This document shows, in pieces, positions 1 through 9,574 of a DNA stretch of 64,000 nt. Position 1 is the first letter of the stretch, and the number at the start of each line of letters is the position of its first letter. The notes under the pieces are model-generated. The model searched no databases. It was given only the letters and a program-made list of their open reading frames with translations, and had not been told where the DNA came from. A program made the translations under genes and the position numbers. This stretch comes from Bacteroidota bacterium. GTDB lineage: Bacteria > Bacteroidota > Bacteroidia > 2-12-FULL-35-15. The stretch covers positions 126,511-190,510 of the forward strand of contig PLYN01000045.1 in the NCBI GenBank assembly GCA_003151815.1, read 5' to 3'.

Positions 1-1
1 A

Positions 2-1579
2 TTACAAGAAGTTGCCGCATGTGATTATGCTCAGCTCCTTGTAGCGAGTCCTGACAAAAGTATTACTATCATACATCTGGATAGTTCTGTAAACAGTAAA
101 GTCTCAGAATATGCGCCTATTCAGATGGATAGCCTGCTTTACTTTTCTTCGTTGCGCAACACCTCCGATCGTGATAAAAAGCACAATGTAAATTTTAATA
201 AAATATATACTGCTGTGCAGGATAGCGTTAAATGGCAAAAGGCAAAGGAGCTCGACACGCTGTTTAATAAAGAAGGGCTCCACAATGCCAACACAGCTTT
301 TAATGCCAACTTTACAAAATTATACATCACGAGATGCGAGCAGAAAAATGCTCTTGATTTTATTTGCGAAATTTATTTTTCCGAATTTAAAAAAGGCCAT
401 TGGAAATCATTGCAAAAATTACCATCCGAAATTAATGAAACAGGTTATACGAATACCCAGCCGGCAGTTGGTTTTCTTTCTGATGAAGAAGTATTATTTT
501 TCGCTTCCAATCGCCCCGGAGGTATTGGGAAAATGGATATCTGGTATAGTAAAATAAATCCCAACGGAAGCTATGGAAAGGCTGTAAATGCCGGAAAAAA
601 AGTAAATTCCATCGATGATGAAATAACACCTTTTTATTGTAAGTCCTGTCAGGAACTATTCTTCAGTTCCACATGGCATAAAGGATTAGGAGGTTTCGAT
701 ATTTTTAAAAGTGATTATAAAAATAATGAATTGGGAGAACCGAAAAATTTGGGAGTGCCAATCAACAGTAATTACAACGATATTTATTTTTCTATTAATT
801 CCACAAAAACAGAAGCGTTTTTTTCATCCAATCGGGCAGGATCCTTTTTTGAAGAAAAAGAAAGTTGTTGCAATGATATTTATATGTTTAAAATTCCACA
901 ACCTGTTGACACAACAAAACACACACCTCCTAAAAAGCCGGAACCGGTGGACAGTACACAAATTTTTGTAACTCAAATGAAACTTTTGGTACCTCTTACT
1001 TTATATTTTCACAATGATGAGCCCGACAAAAAAACATTGGCAATAACTACCAAAAAGAATTATAAAAAAACGTATGAAGATTATTCAGCGCTGCACGAAT
1101 TATACAAAAAAGAATATTCAAAAGGAGCGAAGGGAAAAGATATAGAGCGAGCCCAAAATGATATTGATGTTTTGTTTGAAGACTCTGTAGATGCAGGGAT
1201 GCATGAGCTCGATGAATTTGCAGCACTCTTGTTGAAAGTTTTAAAAGATAGTGAAAAAGTAAGCATAACAATGAAAGGTTATTGTAGTCCACTCGCATCT
1301 ACTAAATATAATGTGAATCTGGCCAAGCGAAGAATGTCGAGCCTTCGCAACTATTTTATGGAATACCAGAATGGTGTTTTTGGTCCTTATGTAAACAATC
1401 AAAATCCCAATGAGGGTAGCATTACTTTTATTTATGAAGATATTGGTGAATTAAAAGCTCGTCCTGAAGTGAGTGATAATTATTACGATACAAAAAACTC
1501 TATTTATAACCCTGTAGCCGCATTTGAACGTAAAATTCAAATCATTGCTATTTCTACATTTTCCTCCCAAAAGGAATAA
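2..1579 (+). CDS. PD40 (WD40-like) repeat / OmpA-like C-terminal domain protein, 5'-truncated by window edge
   Basis: Frame is open from position 2 (LQEVAACDY...) into the listed ORF. PD40 motifs (FFASNRPGGIGKMDIW, FFSSTWHKGLGGFDIF, FFSSNRAG) and an OmpA-like motif (KGYCSPLASTKYNVNLAKRR). Confidence 0.8.
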   Translation, partial: LQEVAACDYAQLLVASPDKSITIIHLDSSVNSKVSEYAPIQMDSLLYFSSLRNTSDRDKKHNVNFNKIYTAVQDSVKWQKAKELDTLFNKEGLHNANTAFNANFTKLYITRCEQKNALDFICEIYFSEFKKGHWKSLQKLPSEINETGYTNTQPAVGFLSDEEVLFFASNRPGGIGKMDIWYSKINPNGSYGKAVNAGKKVNSIDDEITPFYCKSCQELFFSSTWHKGLGGFDIFKSDYKNNELGEPKNLGVPINSNYNDIYFSINSTKTEAFFSSNRAGSFFEEKESCCNDIYMFKIPQPVDTTKHTPPKKPEPVDSTQIFVTQMKLLVPLTLYFHNDEPDKKTLAITTKKNYKKTYEDYSALHELYKKEYSKGAKGKDIERAQNDIDVLFEDSVDAGMHELDEFAALLLKVLKDSEKVSITMKGYCSPLASTKYNVNLAKRRMSSLRNYFMEYQNGVFGPYVNNQNPNEGSITFIYEDIGELKARPEVSDNYYDTKNSIYNPVAAFERKIQIIAISTFSSQKE

Positions 1580-1633
1580 TACCGAAAAAAGTTCCAGCAA
1601 ATAATGAGCTGAGTTTCGTAGCTTCACAAAAAA

Positions 1634-1720
1634 ATCAGCGAAACTCTGCGATTTTATCAGCGAAACTCTGCGAGAAATGTGAAAAATATCAGCGAAATTA
1701 ATCAGCGAAACTCTGCGAGA
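1634..1720. repeat. Direct repeats of ATCAGCGAAACTCTGCGA (3 full copies, 1 partial)
   Basis: Full copies start at 1634, 1656 and 1701; partial ATCAGCGAAA at 1688. Confidence 0.9.
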
Positions 1721-1727
1721 AAAACAT

Positions 1728-1735
1728 TAGTTTTG
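1728..1735 (+). promoter_or_regulatory. Bacteroidota -7 promoter box (TAGTTTTG)
   Basis: Matches TAnnTTTG, 17 nt upstream of the ATG at 1753. Confidence 0.55.
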
Positions 1736-1752
1736 TAAGAATAAAATAATTT

Positions 1753-3390
1753 ATGCGCAAGTTTTTAAAAATTTATTTGTTGTTGTTTCCGGTTGCATTG
1801 TTTGCGCAGCCTGCTCAAAATATTCAACCTAACGGGTACAATACGTTTTATTATGAAAACGGGAAAATTTCCAGTGAAGGCACGCTGCGCAATGGAAAGC
1901 CTGATGGATATTGGAAAACGTATTCAATGACCGGAGTAATAAAATCAGAAGGTAACAGGAAGAACTTCCAGTTAGACAGCGTTTGGAGATTTTATAATGA
2001 GAGAGGACTGCTGGCTTTTGAATTCAGTTATAAGGATGGAAAAAAAAATGGATTTAAAAAAACCTTCGATACCGAAGGCGATTTTTTAATTACAGCAGAG
2101 AATTATGTAAATGATGTCAAACAAGGAAACTCCTATATTTATTTTAAACCAATTCGACCAAGTAGCAGGAATAATAGCAATATTGAGCATGATAGCATAA
2201 GCAAAAAATTGATGACTATGCATTTCAGTAATGTCGGTGAAGTAAGTAAAGTCATCCCTTTTGTAAACGGAAAAGAAGAAGGGCAAGGGTTTGAATATTC
2301 ACTCGATAGCACTATTATTTCTATCACTCAATACAAAATGGGCTTTGTTCAAAAAGAAGAAAAAATAAATCGGAGAGACGCAAATAATCACAAACATGGT
2401 ATTTGGAAAGAATTTTATCCTTCCGGGGTAATTAAAAAAGAGGTGAATTATTCGGATGATAAAATGGATGGATATTTAAAAGAATATTCGACAAAAGGAA
2501 GTCTGATAAGTGCTACCAAATATGTTAAAGGAGTATTACAAACCAATGTACCTGAACTGGCAAAGCTCGATTTAAAAACAGAATATTATCAAGGTGGATT
2601 TATCAAATCTACCGGCACCTATAAAAATGGAGTACCCGAAGGGGTTCACCGCCAATTTTCTCCGGATGGGAAAGTGTTAAGTGCGAAAGTTTATTCGGAA
2701 GGTTTTTTAACAGGTGAAGGAATTATAGATACCGCCGGAAGGCAACAAGGTCCATGGAAAGAATACTATTCTAACGGACAATTAAAATCAAAAGGAGAAT
2801 ATTTAAATAGTAAACGTATTGGTGAATGGGTGTTTTATTTTTCGAATGGAAAAATGGAGCAAAAGGGAAAATATGATAATAAAGGACGGGCACAAGGTGT
2901 TTGGAAATGGTATTATCCTTGTCCTGATACATGTAAAGGTGAAACAGGGCAATTGCTGAGGGAAGAAAATTATAGAAATAATTTACATGAAGGGTTGATG
3001 ATCGAATATACTGACAGTGGCAAAATAATTACAAAAGGAGAATATATTGATGGTCAAAAGGAAGGTCCATGGATGATGGAATTGGTTGATTATAGAGAAG
3101 AAGGATCCTACAAATCCGGTAAACGCGATGGGGAGTGGAAACATTATTATGTCGGAACCGGAAATATTCGTTTTGTTGGGAAATTTATTGATGATGTACC
3201 TGATGGAAAACAAATTTTTTATTACCCTAATGGGAAAGAAAAACAAGTAGGAAAATATGTAGGAGGTTTAAAAGAAGGCGAATGGAAATTTTTTGATGAA
3301 ACAGGATATTTATTTTTAACCATCTTATTTAAAAATGATATTGAGATACGTTTTGACGGAATAAAAGTGGTTCCTGAAACAACAGAATAA
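1753..3390 (+). CDS. Exported MORN-variant repeat (YwqK-like) protein
   Basis: Signal peptide ending LFA-Q; many GxWxxYYxxGxLKxxGxY repeats. Confidence 0.85.
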   Translation: MRKFLKIYLLLFPVALFAQPAQNIQPNGYNTFYYENGKISSEGTLRNGKPDGYWKTYSMTGVIKSEGNRKNFQLDSVWRFYNERGLLAFEFSYKDGKKNGFKKTFDTEGDFLITAENYVNDVKQGNSYIYFKPIRPSSRNNSNIEHDSISKKLMTMHFSNVGEVSKVIPFVNGKEEGQGFEYSLDSTIISITQYKMGFVQKEEKINRRDANNHKHGIWKEFYPSGVIKKEVNYSDDKMDGYLKEYSTKGSLISATKYVKGVLQTNVPELAKLDLKTEYYQGGFIKSTGTYKNGVPEGVHRQFSPDGKVLSAKVYSEGFLTGEGIIDTAGRQQGPWKEYYSNGQLKSKGEYLNSKRIGEWVFYFSNGKMEQKGKYDNKGRAQGVWKWYYPCPDTCKGETGQLLREENYRNNLHEGLMIEYTDSGKIITKGEYIDGQKEGPWMMELVDYREEGSYKSGKRDGEWKHYYVGTGNIRFVGKFIDDVPDGKQIFYYPNGKEKQVGKYVGGLKEGEWKFFDETGYLFLTILFKNDIEIRFDGIKVVPETTE

Positions 3391-3442
3391 AATGCTTCCA
3401 TATCCTTTGGAGGAACGCTACAGTGAGGTAAAAAAATCAATA

Positions 3443-5722
3443 ATGACACATTCTAAAAAAACAAAAATCGAACTTTATGCTGAAGTAAAAAAGCTTCAGC
3501 ATAAAATTGAATTGTTGGAGAATAGAAAAGATACTAAAATAAAAAAACAAGAACCAAGGATTTTAAAAAATGCTGATTTAATGTCATTTTTAAATCATTC
3601 GAAAAATTCTATTGTATTAATAGATATAAATGGAAATATTCTGGATGTAAACAAAGTGGGGAAAACATTTCAAAAAGAAAATATAATCGGATCCAATGTT
3701 TTTTTATTTATTACAGAGGAATCGAAAAAGATAGTCAAAGAAGCCATTGCCAGTGTTTTTAAAACTCAGAAACCTGAAATTTATGGAAGTTCCATAATGA
3801 CAAAAGAGGCTGGGTTAATTTATTTTTCAAGTGTAATTACACCTATAATTGAAAACAAACAAGTAATTGCAGCCCTAATTGAGGCAGAGGATATTACCGA
3901 AGAAATTAAAATTCATAATAAACTAAAAGATAGCGAAGCAAAGTTTAGAAAACTTGCACAAAATGCAACGGATATTATATTCAGATATTCAGTTTATCCG
4001 GAGCGTAAACTGGAATACATGAGTCCTTCATTTGAAAAAATTACGGGTTATTCATTGGAAGAATTTTATAAGGATCCTCATCTTGGATTTAAAATTATTC
4101 ACCCCGATGATTTGCATATAATTGAAACACTCCAAAAACAAAATCCCACGGAAACTGCTGCCGCCAATTATAAAAATAATTCACGCGTTTTACGCTGGAT
4201 CAGGAAAGATGGCCGTATTATTTGGACAGAGACAATCGATACCCCCATATTGGATAAGGAAGATAAATTAATTGCCGTTGAAGGTATATCTAGAGACATT
4301 ACCGAACGTAAATTGTATGAACAAAAATTAATTGAGAGTGAAAATAGATTTAAAGAATTAATTGAAGGAAGTACCGAATTAATACAAAGTGTGGGAATTG
4401 ATGGAAAGTTTTTATACGTCAATAAAATATGGAAGGAAACTCTTGGTTATACCGATGATGAAGTTGTTAAATTTGAATTATTCGACATTATGGATGAAGA
4501 ATTTTTGGATCAGTGTAAAGCGGAATTAGAAGAAGTGTTGAATGGAAAAACTCTAAAAAATATTCAAGTTGTATTTAAATCAAAAACAGGGCAAAAAATA
4601 TTTTTAGAAGGGAATGTAATTCCACGTTATTTGAATGGGAAAGTTATAGGTACTCAAGCCTTTTTTGAGAATATAGCGGATCGTATAAAAATGGAAGTTT
4701 TGGTTAAAGCTAAAGAACAAAACACATTGCTCGCAAGACATGCCGAACTTGTACCTGGTTTGATTTTCCAATATCAGATTTTTCCTGATGGAAGATTTAT
4801 GTTCCCGTTTGCCAGTAAAAAGATTTGGGATATTTTTGAAGTAACACCCGAAGAAGTGAAGAAAGATGCCTCATTGGCATTTAGCAGATTGCATTTAGAT
4901 GATAGTGAAAATGTAGTGCTTTCTATCAAACAGTCAATGAAAACATTAAAAGAATGGAGTTCTGAATTTAGAGTAAATCTTCCCGGTAGAGGAACTATAT
5001 GGATAAGTGGGCACGCTAAACCGGAGAAGTTATCAGATGGAAGTTTAATATGGCATGGATATATTTCTGACATTACTGAAGCAAAAATAGTCACCGAACA
5101 AATTAATCAATCCTTGCAGGAAAAAGAGATATTGCTGAAAGAGGTGCACCATCGTGTAAAAAACAATTTGCAGGTAATATCAAGCATATTAAATCTTCAG
5201 TCATCCTATGTGAAGGACGAGGCAACACTAAATGTTTTAAGAGAGAGCCAAAATCGAATTAAATCAATGGCTTTTATTCATGAAAGTCTTTATCAAGCGG
5301 ATAATTTTTCAAACATCAACTTTTCTGATTATGTAGTAAATTTATTGCAAAATTTAATGCAATCATATTCCAAATTAAATCAAACGGTAAAATTAAATGT
5401 TGATCTTCAAACTGTTTTTCTTAATTTAGACACAGCAATTCCATGCGGATTAATTATTAACGAAATTATTTCAAACGCATTAAAATATGCTTTTGCAGAT
5501 AACAAAGAAGGCGATGAGATAACAATAATGATGAAAATGGAAGGCAAAAATATAAAACTTGCAGTTGGAGATAATGGAGTTGGTTTACCACAAAATATAG
5601 ATTATAGAAATACTGAGTCGTTGGGATTACAATTAGTCGTAACTTTGGTGGGTCAATTAAATGGAAGCGTAGCATTAGATAATACAAACGGAACAAAATA
5701 TACTATTCAATTCGCAAAGTAA
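3443..5722 (+). CDS. Multi-PAS sensor histidine kinase, HisKA_2 family
   Basis: About four PAS/PAC domains; H-box EVHHRVKNNLQ; ATPase motifs NEIISNALKY, DNGVG, SLGL. Start could alternatively be 3392. Confidence 0.9.
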   Translation: MTHSKKTKIELYAEVKKLQHKIELLENRKDTKIKKQEPRILKNADLMSFLNHSKNSIVLIDINGNILDVNKVGKTFQKENIIGSNVFLFITEESKKIVKEAIASVFKTQKPEIYGSSIMTKEAGLIYFSSVITPIIENKQVIAALIEAEDITEEIKIHNKLKDSEAKFRKLAQNATDIIFRYSVYPERKLEYMSPSFEKITGYSLEEFYKDPHLGFKIIHPDDLHIIETLQKQNPTETAAANYKNNSRVLRWIRKDGRIIWTETIDTPILDKEDKLIAVEGISRDITERKLYEQKLIESENRFKELIEGSTELIQSVGIDGKFLYVNKIWKETLGYTDDEVVKFELFDIMDEEFLDQCKAELEEVLNGKTLKNIQVVFKSKTGQKIFLEGNVIPRYLNGKVIGTQAFFENIADRIKMEVLVKAKEQNTLLARHAELVPGLIFQYQIFPDGRFMFPFASKKIWDIFEVTPEEVKKDASLAFSRLHLDDSENVVLSIKQSMKTLKEWSSEFRVNLPGRGTIWISGHAKPEKLSDGSLIWHGYISDITEAKIVTEQINQSLQEKEILLKEVHHRVKNNLQVISSILNLQSSYVKDEATLNVLRESQNRIKSMAFIHESLYQADNFSNINFSDYVVNLLQNLMQSYSKLNQTVKLNVDLQTVFLNLDTAIPCGLIINEIISNALKYAFADNKEGDEITIMMKMEGKNIKLAVGDNGVGLPQNIDYRNTESLGLQLVVTLVGQLNGSVALDNTNGTKYTIQFAK

Positions 5723-5726
5723 AAAA

Positions 5727-5794
5727 TAGTTGTTAGTTGTTAGTTATTAGAACACACTAACAACTAACAACTAACAACTAATCACTAACAACTA
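5727..5794. repeat. Inverted heptamer array (TAGTTGT)n / (CTAACAA)n, no cargo
   Basis: Left arm 5727-5750, 6-nt spacer, right arm 5757-5794. Confidence 0.92.
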
Positions 5795-5802
5795 AAAAAA
5801 AC

Positions 5803-6555
5803 ATGTCAAAAATAAGTGTACTGATAGTAGAAGACGAAAGCATTGTTGCGAAAGATATTCAACATAGTTTAAAAAAACTCGGATACAATGTTTTAGGAAT
5901 ATGTTCCTCCGGTGAAGATGCCATCAAATTAGTAGAAGAACTAGGTCCGGATATTGTATTAATGGATATTATGTTAAAAGGTACAATGAATGGTATTGAG
6001 GCTGCTGCACAAATACGTGAAACTAATAATATACCGGTTATTTTCCTTACTGCTTACGCTGACGAAAATACATTAAGCAAAGCAAAAGTGTCAGAACCCT
6101 TTGGTTATATTATCAAGCCCTTCAAGGAAATTGATTTACACACGTCAATTGAAATGGCCATTTATAAACATGAAAAAGAAAGCAATCTTAAAAAAGAACG
6201 TGACTTTTTGTATTCAATAGTTGAAAACAAAGAGTTTAAAGATATTCTTTTTGTGAAATCAAATTCTAAATTGGTTAAAGTAAAAACAAGCGACATATTT
6301 TATGTAGAGGCACTAAAGGATTATGTAGTGGTAAATACTGCAACTACCCGTTATACGATACATTCAACAATGAAAGACATCGAAAAGAAATTACCTGCAA
6401 GTGATTTTGTTCGTGTGCACCGATCATTTATTGTCCGCATCGATAAAATTGTAGCCATCGAACAACCGAACTTAATTTTGGAAGACGATAAAAAATTGAT
6501 TCCGCTGGGTGGTTCTTATAAAGATGCATTAACAAAAAGGCTGAACCTATTATAG
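5803..6555 (+). CDS. Response regulator, REC + LytTR
   Basis: VEDE, DIVLMDI and KPF receiver motifs; C-terminal FVRVHRSFIV LytTR motif. Confidence 0.92.
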   Translation: MSKISVLIVEDESIVAKDIQHSLKKLGYNVLGICSSGEDAIKLVEELGPDIVLMDIMLKGTMNGIEAAAQIRETNNIPVIFLTAYADENTLSKAKVSEPFGYIIKPFKEIDLHTSIEMAIYKHEKESNLKKERDFLYSIVENKEFKDILFVKSNSKLVKVKTSDIFYVEALKDYVVVNTATTRYTIHSTMKDIEKKLPASDFVRVHRSFIVRIDKIVAIEQPNLILEDDKKLIPLGGSYKDALTKRLNLL

Positions 6556-6611
6556 GGATTTACGATTGAAGATTAACGAATTAAAAAATTCGAACGAAGT
6601 AATTTCGTGTG

Positions 6612-7032
6612 TTGTCAGTTCGAGCGTAGTCGAGAATTTGCGGATGCCTCTGTAAAATTAACAAAATCAAACCTTGCCTTTATCAAAATACTTATATGTG
6701 TATATCTTAAAATGTTCGGATAAAACATATTATACGGGTGTTACCAATAATCCGGAAAGAAGAATCGAAGAACATAGTTCCGGTATAAATAAAACGTGTT
6801 ATACATTTTTGAGACGACCTATAGAAATGGTCTATTGTGAAAGATTTACGAATTATAATCTAGCCATTGAGTGGGAGAAACGAATAAAAAACTGGAATAG
6901 GAAAAAGAAAGAAGCTTTGATTAAAGAGAATTGGAATCAATTAAAAATAGAAGCGGAATGTAAGAATGAAACCTCGCATAAAAATTTTGTAAAAAATCCA
7001 ACACACGTTCTCGACTATGCTCGAACTGACAA
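6612..7032. mobile_element. REP-like 25-bp inverted repeats flanking a GIY-YIG gene
   Basis: TTGTCAGTTCGAGCGTAGTCGAGAA (6612-6636) and TTCTCGACTATGCTCGAACTGACAA (7008-7032) match at 24/25 as inverted repeats. Mobility is inferred. Confidence 0.7.
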
Positions 7033-7045
7033 TGCACAAATCTAA
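6674..7045 (+). CDS. Small GIY-YIG nuclease (UPF0213/YhbQ-like)
   Basis: YVYILKC...YYTGVT...RRIEEH and AIEWEKRIKNWNRKKKEALI motifs; TTG start. Confidence 0.9.
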   Translation: MPLSKYLYVYILKCSDKTYYTGVTNNPERRIEEHSSGINKTCYTFLRRPIEMVYCERFTNYNLAIEWEKRIKNWNRKKKEALIKENWNQLKIEAECKNETSHKNFVKNPTHVLDYARTDNAQI

Positions 7046-7084
7046 CGAACTGATTAGATTATCAATCGTATCTCGTCAATCCTT

Positions 7085-9448
7085 TCATATCTCAAATCCC
7101 CAATCATCATCGAAATTTTTACCGGGAGATAGTGGTTTTTTAGGCGTTTCTTTTTCTTTAGCAGGATCTGTTTTTTTATTCTCTGCATTTTTTGCAGTTG
7201 CAGATTTCATTGCTTCCTTAAAATTTTTTTTCTGCTCGGGGCGTTCTTTGTTTGTTGATTTGTCGGATGCATTTTTGTTTGTTTCGGTCACTTCAACCAA
7301 TGCGAAATCAAGTTGTTTTTTAACCAGATCGGCACGTTTTATTTCAATTCTAACAGTGTCGCCAAGCGATAATACCTTGCCGGATCTGCGACCGCGCAGA
7401 CAATAATTGTCTTCATCAAAAATATAATTATCATCACGTAATTCACGTATACGAACCATTCCTTCGCAATGGTTTTCAATAATCTCTACAAATATTCCCC
7501 ATTCGGTAACACCCGATATGATACCGTCAAATTCCTGTCCGATTTTATCTGTTAAAAATTGTACTTGTTTATATTTAATGGAAGCACGTTCCGCATCGGA
7601 AGCTAATTTTTCCATGTCGGAAGAATGCTTGCACTGCTCTTCTAATTTATCAATATCAGGGCTTTGTCCGCCATCCAGATAATGTTGTAATAAACGGTGT
7701 ACCATCACATCCGGATACCTCCGGATAGGGGAAGTGAAGTGTGTGTAATATTCGAAACCCAGACCATAATGCCCAATATTTTTGGTAGTATATATTGCTT
7801 TCGCCATTGTACGAATAGCAAGCATCTCGATCATTCCGGCTTCTTTTTTCTCACTTACTTCCTTCAATAAATTATTCATTGAATCGGCAACAGCCTTCTC
7901 ATTTTTTATATTTAATTTATAACCAAACTTTCCAACAAACTCAGCAAAACTAGCCAGTTTATCAGGATTGGGTTTATCATGGATACGGTAAACAAATGCT
8001 CGTTTTCCGTCTTTTAATTTTTGATTACTCTCTTTCGACTTTTTTTCCTTGCCAATAAATTCAGCTACTTTACGGTTAGCCAATAACATGAAATCTTCTA
8101 TCAGTTGGTTGGAGTCTTTGGCTGTTTTAAAAAACACACCAGTTGGATTGCCGGCTTCATCCAAATGAAATTTCACTTCTGCCTTTTCAAATGCAATACT
8201 ACCGGTTCTAAATCGATTGGCTCGTAATATTTTTGCTAAACGATTTAAGGTTAAAATTTCATTATCATAGTCGCCTTCTTCAGTTTCAATAACTTGTTGA
8301 GCTTCTTCATAAGTAAATCGTTTGTTGGAATTAATGATGGTTCTTCCGAACCATTCATTCACCACTTCGGCTTCATCAGTGATTTCAAAAACCGCAGAAA
8401 AACATAATTTTTCTTCATTAGGGCGGAGGGAACATACATTGTTTGAAAGCACTTCCGGCAACATGGGTACAACTCTGTCAACTAAATATACGGACGTTGC
8501 GCGTGAAATAGCTTCCTGGTCAATCATTGACCCCGATTTTATATAATGGCTAACATCGGCAATGTGTATACCAATTTCCCAGTTTCCGTTTTTTAATTTT
8601 TGTATGGACAGGGCATCATCAAAATCTTTTGCATCAACAGGGTCGATCGTGAAAGTTGTGATTTTACGGAAGTCGCGCCTCTTCGCAATTTCTTCTTTAG
8701 TAATAGTGATGGGAATCAGATCGGCAGCACGTTCTACATCTTTAGGGAATTCATAAGGCAAGCCAAATTCAGCAAGTATGGCATGCATTTCCGTATTGTT
8801 TTCGCCCACATCGCCCAGCACTTCAATGATCTCACCAATGGGGTTCACACCATTTTTAGGCCACTCTATAATTTTTGCAATGGCTTTTTGTCCGTTTTTG
8901 GCTCCATTCAATTTATCAAGAGGAATATATATGTCAACATGAACTTTGTTGTTGCTGGGAACTAAAAATGCAAATCGTGCCGATAGCTGAATAACACCCA
9001 CAAATTTAATTTTTGCCCTTTCAATAACCTCTATTATTTCACCTTCCTTTTTATCTTTTTGTGTCGGGAACAAACGAACTTTTACCAAATCGCCATGCAT
9101 GGCATTAAGCGTATTTTTTGGTGTAACCACAACATCATTCTCGGTTTCTTCCGAAACGATATAAGCTGTTCCGGCACTCGTCATATCCACTTTTCCGATG
9201 ATGATTTTTTCTTCCAGTTTCATTTTGAATTTTCCACGCTCCGGTTCTGAAACCGAACCTTTTGATTTCAATTCCGACAAAATATCATTTATTAACAATC
9301 GTTGGGATTGATCGGTTACCTGCAGTTCAGCGGCAATTTGCTTATAGTTGAGTGCTCTTTGTGAATTTTTGGATAATACCCTTAAAATTTCTTCGAAAAA
9401 GAAAGCTTTACCCTTTCCTTGTCCTTTTTTTCTGGTGTTTTTTGTCAT
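7085..9448 (-). CDS. rnr: Ribonuclease R
   Basis: RNB catalytic motif TIDPVDAKDFDDALS, HFTSPIRRYPD, S1 domain, basic C-terminal tail. Confidence 0.96.
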   Translation of the reverse strand: MTKNTRKKGQGKGKAFFFEEILRVLSKNSQRALNYKQIAAELQVTDQSQRLLINDILSELKSKGSVSEPERGKFKMKLEEKIIIGKVDMTSAGTAYIVSEETENDVVVTPKNTLNAMHGDLVKVRLFPTQKDKKEGEIIEVIERAKIKFVGVIQLSARFAFLVPSNNKVHVDIYIPLDKLNGAKNGQKAIAKIIEWPKNGVNPIGEIIEVLGDVGENNTEMHAILAEFGLPYEFPKDVERAADLIPITITKEEIAKRRDFRKITTFTIDPVDAKDFDDALSIQKLKNGNWEIGIHIADVSHYIKSGSMIDQEAISRATSVYLVDRVVPMLPEVLSNNVCSLRPNEEKLCFSAVFEITDEAEVVNEWFGRTIINSNKRFTYEEAQQVIETEEGDYDNEILTLNRLAKILRANRFRTGSIAFEKAEVKFHLDEAGNPTGVFFKTAKDSNQLIEDFMLLANRKVAEFIGKEKKSKESNQKLKDGKRAFVYRIHDKPNPDKLASFAEFVGKFGYKLNIKNEKAVADSMNNLLKEVSEKKEAGMIEMLAIRTMAKAIYTTKNIGHYGLGFEYYTHFTSPIRRYPDVMVHRLLQHYLDGGQSPDIDKLEEQCKHSSDMEKLASDAERASIKYKQVQFLTDKIGQEFDGIISGVTEWGIFVEIIENHCEGMVRIRELRDDNYIFDEDNYCLRGRRSGKVLSLGDTVRIEIKRADLVKKQLDFALVEVTETNKNASDKSTNKERPEQKKNFKEAMKSATAKNAENKKTDPAKEKETPKKPLSPGKNFDDDWGFEI

Positions 9449-9452
9449 ATAC

Positions 9453-9460
9453 CAAAGGTA
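9453..9460 (-). promoter_or_regulatory. -7 promoter box (TACCTTTG) 4 nt upstream of the rnr ATG
   Basis: Reverse complement of CAAAGGTA; matches TAnnTTTG. Confidence 0.6.
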
Positions 9461-9515
9461 CTGATTTATAAGAAATTTTTAAGGTTATTTAATAAAAAAT
9501 AAAAAAAGCTTTTGG

Positions 9516-9545
9516 GATGCAACTAATTAGTGCAACTTTGCATCT
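9516..9545 (+). promoter_or_regulatory. Candidate ECF-sigma promoter / palindromic site
   Basis: GATGCAACTAATTAGTGCAACTTTGCATCT: AAC-containing -35-like element plus a GATGCAA/TTGCATC dyad, 30 nt upstream of the ECF gene. Confidence 0.45.
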
Positions 9546-9574
9546 TAATAAAAATCAATACGACGAAGTAACCA

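Noticed and set aside
1634..1720. Possible mini-CRISPR array
   Set aside because: Repeats are 18 nt with 4-27-nt irregular gaps that contain partial repeats; no unique spacers of CRISPR size and no cas genes.
1753..3390. Antitoxin of a YwqJK-type toxin-antitoxin pair
   Set aside because: It has a signal peptide and no adjacent toxin gene; better treated as a generic MORN-variant repeat protein.
7017..7406. 129-aa plus-strand ORF and other short ORFs overlapping rnr, fadH, bamA, yraN and rluB
   Set aside because: Antisense to well-supported conserved genes, with no independent motifs.
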